This document shows, piece after piece, positions 27,355 to 32,697 of a DNA stretch of 32,697 nt. This DNA comes from Barnesiella intestinihominis. GTDB lineage: Bacteria; Bacteroidota; Bacteroidia; Bacteroidales; UBA932. The notes under the pieces are model-generated. The model saw only the letters and a list, made by a program, of their open reading frames with translations. It did no database searches and was not told the origin of the DNA. The stretch spans positions 1 through 32,697 of the forward strand of contig CAVFTG010000001.1 of NCBI GenBank assembly GCA_963625415.1, given 5' to 3'. The position numbers and the translations under genes are program-made. Numbering within the stretch: position 1 is the stretch's first letter; the number at the start of each line of letters is the position of its first letter.

Positions 27355-27849
27355 ATGAAAGGTTTCGTACGGCATATCGTGGCTGCTGCGCTGGTTTGTT
27401 CTGTCATGGCGCTGACCGGCTGCTCCGCTTTGAGGAAGGCGGCCGTCGACAGGTTGAGGGAGATTGAACTGACTTCCTTCGCTGTCGAAAAGATAAGCCC
27501 GAAGGGGCTCAAGGCTCTGGATGCGTCTTTCTTCGTCGGAATCAACAACCCGACGGTGAAACTCGAACTTAAGGAAGTGACCGTGCGGCTGTTCTGCGGA
27601 GATTCGGAACTCGGAAGCTTTGTCTTCGACCCGTTCACCGTGGAGGGGCACAGGGACGGGGTCTATCTTCTGACCGGTCATGCCTCTCTCGCTTCGACCT
27701 CGGCTCTGGTGCAGGTGCTCGGGGCTTTTGGGGGGTCCGGGGAGAATCTGACGGTGCTGATTACTGCCACCGGCAAGGGGCTCGGAGTCAGGCGCAGTCT
27801 TAGCAGGGTGATGCCGCTTGGAGAACTTATAAACATGGTAAAAGGATGA
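27355..27849 (+). CDS. Hypothetical lipoprotein, LEA type-2/WHy-like fold
   Basis: Lipobox LTGC; V.INNP...L.L..V.V.L......LG pattern typical of LEA_2; ATGA overlap with the next gene. Confidence 0.6.
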   Translation: MKGFVRHIVAAALVCSVMALTGCSALRKAAVDRLREIELTSFAVEKISPKGLKALDASFFVGINNPTVKLELKEVTVRLFCGDSELGSFVFDPFTVEGHRDGVYLLTGHASLASTSALVQVLGAFGGSGENLTVLITATGKGLGVRRSLSRVMPLGELINMVKG

Positions 27850-28451
27850 AAAGGACAGTCTGTGTCATATTTTTAGCGGCGGCATGCGCTTTTGCGCTCA
27901 ATGCTCAGGATGTCGTTGTGCCCGAGGGCTATGAACTTGTGGATTCCCTGATCTACAGACCTTCGGCCGCAGTTGACACCACTCTTGCGGGGAAGTCGGT
28001 GTGGAGCGTGCTGCCGTCCCGCGACAGGGGGGATGCGGCCGATGTGGACATTTCACAGTCGGCAAAGGTCAAATCCGCTCTCGACGCGCAGGTTGCGTCG
28101 AATCATTCGCGGGCGATTTCGGGATACCGCATCCGCATATTCTTCGACAACGGGCAGAACGCACGGAACGAGTCGGAGGCGGTTCTGAAAAAATTCGAAT
28201 CCGCCTACCACGGCATCCCCGTCTACAGAACCTACACCAATCCCTATTTCAAAGTGACGGCGGGCGATTTCCGCACGCGGTCCGAGGCGATGGCGCTGCT
28301 CGTGAACCTCAGGGATGAGTTCCCGAGGGCTCTGATGGTGAGGGAGAAAATCAACTGGCCGGCGGCCGACGCGAACTGCCGCTATGTCGTGGACACGGTG
28401 CGTGTCCTCCGGCCGACGGCTTCTCCGGCCGAGTCCCGGCAGACTGACTGA
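27846..28451 (+). CDS. Secreted SPOR-domain (peptidoglycan-binding) protein
   Basis: Signal peptide; GYRIRIF...AR.E....F...Y...Y..PYFKV..GDFRTRSEA..L. Confidence 0.8.
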   Translation: MKRTVCVIFLAAACAFALNAQDVVVPEGYELVDSLIYRPSAAVDTTLAGKSVWSVLPSRDRGDAADVDISQSAKVKSALDAQVASNHSRAISGYRIRIFFDNGQNARNESEAVLKKFESAYHGIPVYRTYTNPYFKVTAGDFRTRSEAMALLVNLRDEFPRALMVREKINWPAADANCRYVVDTVRVLRPTASPAESRQTD

Positions 28452-28500
28452 GCCATGTGCCGGTTGCCGTGTGACCGAGCCATATTGTTTGTGATAAAGA

Positions 28501-28560
28501 AGTGATCCGGAGTGATTCAGAGTGATATAGAGTGATATAGCGTCATATAGCGTCATGTTA
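28501..28560 (+). repeat. Six-unit 10-bp tandem repeat ending in the rpoN start codon
   Basis: AGTGATCCGG AGTGATTCAG AGTGATATAG AGTGATATAG CGTCATATAG CGTCATGTTA. Confidence 0.85.
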
Positions 28561-29967
28561 AAGCAGGCATTAGAGCAGAAACAGATACAGAAACTCTCTC
28601 CGCAGCAGATTATGACCGCGAAGCTCATCGAGCTTCCGATACAGAGTCTGGAGCAGCGTGTCCGTCAGGAAATGGAGGAGAATCCCCTTCTCGAGGAGGA
28701 TGACAGCAAGGAGGACAAGGAGAACACGCGCGAGGTTTCTCTCACCGACTACAAGGAGGACGATCCCATTCCCGCCTACCGTCTGCGTTCCGACAACTAC
28801 AGCAAATACGACGACCGCCCGAAAAGGGAGACTTTCTCCGTACAGGAGTCTTTCCCGCAGAGCCTTGTCGCCCAGCTTGATTTCCGCGACCTGTCGCAGC
28901 GTCAGAGGGACATAGCCAACTACATAATCTACAGTCTCGACGATGACGGCTACCTCCGCCGCGACATCGACAAGCTTGTGGACGAGATGGCTTTCCGCGC
29001 CGGGATTGAAACCGATGACGGGGAAGTCGGGGAACTGCTGAAGATAATCCAGACTTTCGAGCCTGCCGGAGTGGGGGCGAGGGATTTGCGCGAATGTCTG
29101 CTCATTCAGCTCAACGCGCTCAAGAGCACTCCTGTGGTGGAAGATGCGAAGAAGATAATAAAGAACCATTTCTCCGAATTCACCAAGAAGGACTTCAACC
29201 GCATAATGTCCCAGACTGGGATGACCTCCGAGAGGCTGAAGGCGGCCATGGGGCGCATACTCAAATTGAATCCCACCCCGGGAGGACAGGTTTCCGACGC
29301 CTACAGCGACCGCACCCAGCAGGTCGTTCCGGATTTCATCCTGGATGTCGTCAACGGCGAGTTCGAGCTGACGATGCCGCGTTTCACCGTCCCAGAACTG
29401 AAAGTGAACAGGAAATACGCCGACAACATCATGGCGGAGGCCTCCTGTTCATCGGACAAATCCAGAAAAGAGGCCGAGTCGTTCGTGAAGAAGAAGCAGG
29501 AGGCCGCGAAATGGTTCGTCGATGCGCTGAAGCAGCGGCACACCACTCTCATGACGACGATGCGGGCGATACTCAATTACCAGAGGGAATATTTTCTCGA
29601 CGGTGATGAAACCAAGATAAAGCCGATGATACTCAAGGATATAGCCGATGTCACAGGATACGACATATCCACAATCTCCCGTGTGGCGAACAGCAAGTAC
29701 ATAGAGACTCATTTCGGCATATTCCCGCTCAAATATTTCTTCTCCGAAAGCATAAAGAATCAGGCGGGCGAAGACGTGTCCACCCGCGAACTGAAGAAGA
29801 TCCTTCAGGAGATAATCGACGGCGAGGACAAGCGCAAGCCGCTTACTGACGACGAAATCGTCGACATGATGAACGCCAAGGGCTATAATGTCGCCCGCCG
29901 CACCATCGCGAAGTACCGTGACCAGCTCGGAATTCCGAAGTCCAGGATGCGCCGTGAGATATTCTGA
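28555..29967 (+). CDS. rpoN: RNA polymerase sigma-54 factor
   Basis: Gln-rich region I (LKQALEQKQIQKLSPQQI), ENPLLE, PAGVGARDLRECLLIQL, KPMILKDIA..STISRV HTH, RpoN box ARRTIAKYR. Confidence 0.97.
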   Translation: MLKQALEQKQIQKLSPQQIMTAKLIELPIQSLEQRVRQEMEENPLLEEDDSKEDKENTREVSLTDYKEDDPIPAYRLRSDNYSKYDDRPKRETFSVQESFPQSLVAQLDFRDLSQRQRDIANYIIYSLDDDGYLRRDIDKLVDEMAFRAGIETDDGEVGELLKIIQTFEPAGVGARDLRECLLIQLNALKSTPVVEDAKKIIKNHFSEFTKKDFNRIMSQTGMTSERLKAAMGRILKLNPTPGGQVSDAYSDRTQQVVPDFILDVVNGEFELTMPRFTVPELKVNRKYADNIMAEASCSSDKSRKEAESFVKKKQEAAKWFVDALKQRHTTLMTTMRAILNYQREYFLDGDETKIKPMILKDIADVTGYDISTISRVANSKYIETHFGIFPLKYFFSESIKNQAGEDVSTRELKKILQEIIDGEDKRKPLTDDEIVDMMNAKGYNVARRTIAKYRDQLGIPKSRMRREIF

Positions 29968-30007
29968 CATATGTCCCGGCATTCTGAAATCCGTTCCAGA
30001 CCCCGCA

Positions 30008-30044
30008 TTCGAAAAAAGCGATAGCCGCGATAGGAACAAATCAT
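30008..30044 (+). promoter_or_regulatory. LysR-type operator (two tandem T-N11-A boxes)
   Basis: TTCG-N7-CGAT-N7-ATAG-N7-TCAT, ending 9 nt before a TTG -33 element (30054-30056). Confidence 0.6.
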
Positions 30045-30053
30045 AACCGCCGC

Positions 30054-30084
30054 TTGCCGGATTCGGGGCGGGTGCGTACCTTTG
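30054..30084 (+). promoter_or_regulatory. Promoter of the 47-aa small ORF
   Basis: TTG (30054-30056), 20-nt spacer, TACCTTTG (30077-30084). Confidence 0.65.
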
Positions 30085-30114
30085 CCGCCGTAAAAATAAA
30101 GTGAAGGTAATATT

Positions 30115-30258
30115 ATGAAAACGGCAATTTTTGTTTCTCTCGTCGTTGTATGCACGGTCGCTTCTCTGCTGGAGGCTTATGAGAAGTCAGGCAAACGCAT
30201 CTCTCTGATTCCGAAGCGTCTTAAAGGAATGAACGTAAGGAACGCGCTTGTAAAGTGA
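30115..30258 (+). CDS. Small (47 aa) single-pass membrane peptide, absent from the ORF track
   Basis: MKTAIFVSLVVVCTVASLLEAYEKSGKRISLIPKRLKGMNVRNALVK; AT-rich leader with TATTATG start context; has its own promoter and downstream terminator. Confidence 0.65.
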   Translation: MKTAIFVSLVVVCTVASLLEAYEKSGKRISLIPKRLKGMNVRNALVK

Positions 30259-30280
30259 TTGTGAATCCAAGCTAATGAAC

Positions 30281-30288
30281 TATATTTG
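30281..30288 (+). promoter_or_regulatory. -7 promoter element for the LysR gene
   Basis: TATATTTG, 31 nt upstream of ATG 30320. Confidence 0.55.
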
Positions 30289-30313
30289 CAGGTAAACTTT
30301 ACCTGCATTTTTT
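30287..30313 (+). terminator. Intrinsic terminator after the small ORF
   Basis: TGCAGGTAAA-C-TTTACCTGCA perfect inverted repeat followed by T6. Confidence 0.65.
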
Positions 30314-30319
30314 GATTCT

Positions 30320-31225
30320 ATGGAACTGCGTCATCTACAGGCATTTGTAAAACTCACACAGACATTGAACTTTTCGGCGGCGGCAAGTGAACTCTGCATC
30401 ACTCAGAGCACACTGTCGGCGACCATCAAACAGCTTGAGGATGATCTCAGGGCGGAACTCTTCACCAGGAACAGCCACGGGGTGGTCATGACTGAGGCCG
30501 GAGAGCAGCTTCTTCCGTTTGCGCAGGAGACCCTTCTGCAGGCGGAGAACTGCGTGAACAGGATGTGCGACCTGAGCGGGATGAAATGCGGAAGACTGAA
30601 AATCGGGGTGACGCACTCCTTCTCGCTGATGATGGTTGAGGCCATCCTCGACTTCAACAGGCAGTATCCGGGGATAGATCTTGAAATCCATTACAAGACG
30701 ATGGGCGAACTTCTGGACCGGCTCATAAGGCATGAACTCGATTTGGTTCTGTCCTACAAGCCTTCCGTGACAAGCCCGCTCATCGAGTCGCATGTGATTT
30801 CCGAAGACAGACTCTCGCTTGTCGTGTCGAAAGACAATCCCCTCGCCTCCCTTCCGTCGGTGCGTGTGCGGGATCTGGCGAAATACAGGCTCGCCCTGCC
30901 GGCGAAAGGACTTCAGACCCGCAATCTTCTCGACGAGCTGTGCAAGGCGGAGGGTGCTGAAGTGAACGCCGCCATAGAGTTCGACCTCATAACTCCGCTT
31001 CTCAGGCTTGTCTATAACAGCAGTTTCGCGACAGTGCTCTCCTCTGCGTCAATCCAGTCCCATGACTGTCTCAGAGCGATTCCAATCGAGGCGGAGCATA
31101 ATCTGATGGAAGGCTCGTATCATGTGCTGAAAGGGGCCTACAAGAAGAAATCCGCCAAGGAGTTCATCAGGATTCTGTGCGAGACGGATGCCGTGAAGCA
31201 GCGGCGCATATGCGGGCTTGAATAG
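30320..31225 (+). CDS. LysR-family transcriptional regulator (CynR-like)
   Basis: MELRHL..F......NFSAAA.EL.ITQSTLS..IKQLE..L...LF.RN...V..TEAG wHTH; G.LKIGV; 301 aa. Confidence 0.95.
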   Translation: MELRHLQAFVKLTQTLNFSAAASELCITQSTLSATIKQLEDDLRAELFTRNSHGVVMTEAGEQLLPFAQETLLQAENCVNRMCDLSGMKCGRLKIGVTHSFSLMMVEAILDFNRQYPGIDLEIHYKTMGELLDRLIRHELDLVLSYKPSVTSPLIESHVISEDRLSLVVSKDNPLASLPSVRVRDLAKYRLALPAKGLQTRNLLDELCKAEGAEVNAAIEFDLITPLLRLVYNSSFATVLSSASIQSHDCLRAIPIEAEHNLMEGSYHVLKGAYKKKSAKEFIRILCETDAVKQRRICGLE

Positions 31226-31307
31226 TGATGAAAGGGCGATTGCCGCGTCATGCCTGTCGTCCGAATGGAAATGAATGGAATGATTGAATTGTAAATAGGT
31301 TGAACGG

Positions 31308-32489
31308 ATGGAATGGTTGAATAATCTCGTGTCGGGCCATGGCGTGGCACATTCGATAATCATCATAGCCCTGACAATCACGGCGGGGCTTCTGTGTGAC
31401 AGAATCAAGATAAAGGGAGTGAAGCTCGGCGTGACTTGGATTCTGTTTCTCGGAATTTTTCTCGGTCAGCTCGGATTCACACTCGATCCGACGACCTGCC
31501 ACTTCGTGAAGGAGTTCGGACTCATACTCTTCGTCTATTCGATAGGCCTTGAGGTGGGACCTCATTTCTTCTCTTCATTCAAGAGCGGGGGAGTGACGCT
31601 GAATCTGCTGGCCACCGGCATAGTGCTGCTCGGCACAGTCACGGCCTATCTCATACATGTCATCACGGGCGAGGATCTTTTCGCCATGACAGGCGTGCTC
31701 TACGGCTCGGTGACGAACACTCCGGGACTCGGCGCGGCCCAGCAGACCTTCTCTGACTTGAACGAGGGTCTGAACAACGCCAAATTCGCCTGCGGATATG
31801 CGGTGGCCTACCCTATGGGAGTCATGGGCATAATTCTGAGCATCATATTCATACGCGTGATTTTCCGTATCAGTCTCGACAGGGAGCAGAAGCATGACAC
31901 GAAGATTGACCATGAGGCCAGAGCCGTCGCCGCGCAGAAAATCGAGTCGCCGGACGTGGGGCCTGTCTTTCTCGGCATAATGCTCGGAGTGCTTCTCGGC
32001 TCGATTCCGATTTTCTTCCCCGGCATGTCGGTTCCGGTGAAGCTCGGTCTTGCCGGAGGGCCGCTCATCGTGTCCATCATCATATCCTCTTTCAGCGCGA
32101 AAGTGGGTCTCCGCACAAGCATATCTCCGTCGGCGAATCTGATGATGCGTCAGGTCGGCATCTGCCTTTTCATCGCGGCTGTGGGCATAAGCGCCGGTGA
32201 CGGGTTCATCGAGACGATAGCGGGCGGCGGCTACTGGTGGATACTCTACGCTTTCATCATCTCCACGCTCCCGCTGCTGATTGTCGCCGTCTTCGCGCGT
32301 CTTGTCCTGCATCTGAACTATTTCTCCATCATCGGCATGATTGCCGGCGCCACCACCGACCCGCCTGCGCTTGCCTACGCCAATTCCATCTGCGAGAGCG
32401 ACGAGGCGGCCGTGGCTTATTCGACCGTGTATCCGCTTTCCATGTTTCTGAGGATTGTGGCTGCGCAGGTGCTTGTCCTTATTGCTTGA
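31308..32489 (+). CDS. AspT/YidE/YbjL-family antiporter lacking the central TrkA-C domains
   Basis: EFGLILFVYSIGL.VGP.FF, TNTPGLGAAQ, GYAVAYP.G, KLGLAGGPLIV, TDPPALAYAN, YSTVYPLSMFLRI; only 393 aa. Confidence 0.88.
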   Translation: MEWLNNLVSGHGVAHSIIIIALTITAGLLCDRIKIKGVKLGVTWILFLGIFLGQLGFTLDPTTCHFVKEFGLILFVYSIGLEVGPHFFSSFKSGGVTLNLLATGIVLLGTVTAYLIHVITGEDLFAMTGVLYGSVTNTPGLGAAQQTFSDLNEGLNNAKFACGYAVAYPMGVMGIILSIIFIRVIFRISLDREQKHDTKIDHEARAVAAQKIESPDVGPVFLGIMLGVLLGSIPIFFPGMSVPVKLGLAGGPLIVSIIISSFSAKVGLRTSISPSANLMMRQVGICLFIAAVGISAGDGFIETIAGGGYWWILYAFIISTLPLLIVAVFARLVLHLNYFSIIGMIAGATTDPPALAYANSICESDEAAVAYSTVYPLSMFLRIVAAQVLVLIA

Positions 32490-32520
32490 CGTGGCGTGGA
32501 CGGGGTGTGGACGGGGCGCA
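32488..32520 (+). repeat. Three 11-bp tandem units overlapping and following the stop codon
   Basis: GACGTGGCGTG GACGGGGTGTG GACGGGGCGCA. Confidence 0.7.
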
Positions 32521-32571
32521 TGAAAGGCGGTCTGGCTGCGTTGGACGGTTTGCATCCCATCCTTTCTGCAT
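32513..32571 (-). repeat. Internally deleted, inverted copy of repeat family 2
   Basis: GCGGTCTGGCTGCGTTGGACGGT joined directly to TTGCATCCCATCCTTTCTGCAT; the two parts match the two ends of the reverse complement of 19676-19791. Confidence 0.7.
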
Positions 32572-32590
32572 TTTGCGGTGTTTATGAAAT

Positions 32591-32632
32591 AACCGGCCCG
32601 GGCGATTTGCCCGAGCCGGTTTTCGGTTTTTT
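32591..32632 (+). terminator. Intrinsic terminator after the transporter gene
   Basis: AACCGGCCCGGGC-GATTT-GCCCGAGCCGGTT stem (one mismatch) followed by T-rich tracts. Confidence 0.75.
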
Positions 32633-32697
32633 GAAATATTGTTTTTTTGTGGGGGAGGTTGTCTTAAAGGATGAAGTGCAAGGCTTGCGACGAAGTT

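Noticed and set aside
27305..27358. TAAGGAGG (perfect SD-like, 27313-27320) and a 17-codon uORF ending in an ATGA overlap with the lipoprotein start
   Set aside because: No start codon at SD spacing; Bacteroidota rarely use SD sequences; the uORF is short, unsupported and spans the candidate promoter
28501..28560. Tandem repeats here and at 11629-11703 as possible CRISPR arrays
   Set aside because: Units of 10-15 bp are contiguous with no unique spacers; no cas genes present
28452..30320. Sigma-54 (-24/-12) promoter near rpoN or the small ORF
   Set aside because: No convincing TGGCAC-N5-TTGC found by eye in these intergenic regions

Overview
GC-rich chromosomal segment of a Bacteroidales (Bacteroidota) bacterium, judged from the SusC/SusD pair, TAnnTTTG promoters and lack of Shine-Dalgarno starts. 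Left to right: a secreted SH3-NlpC/P60 peptidoglycan peptidase; a compact polysaccharide utilization locus (SusC, SusD, GH30 lipoprotein, surface glycan-binding lipoprotein, SusR-like regulator) resembling the fungal beta-1,6-glucan PUL of B. thetaiotaomicron but lacking its GH3; a TIGR01212 radical SAM gene; a minus-strand run (nucleotidyltransferase, CPBP protease, pncB, pncA, putative porin, MltF-like transglycosylase); an ftsB-like gene; folP and tmk (divergent), BT_3928-like, miaB, glpK, LEA-like lipoprotein, SPOR protein, rpoN; and a LysR regulator with a shortened AspT/YidE transporter. No rRNA, tRNA, CRISPR array, transposase or phage gene was seen. The most notable unannotated signals are: (i) a 47-aa membrane peptide ORF (30115-30258) with its own LysR-type operator, promoter and terminator ahead of the LysR and transporter genes; (ii) miniature inverted-repeat elements, one pair bracketing the NlpC/P60 gene and others supplying stop codons to host genes; (iii) recurrent short tandem duplications at start codons; (iv) a long-spaced direct repeat, probably the SusR operator, upstream of susC. 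All family calls come from motif recognition by eye, without database searches.
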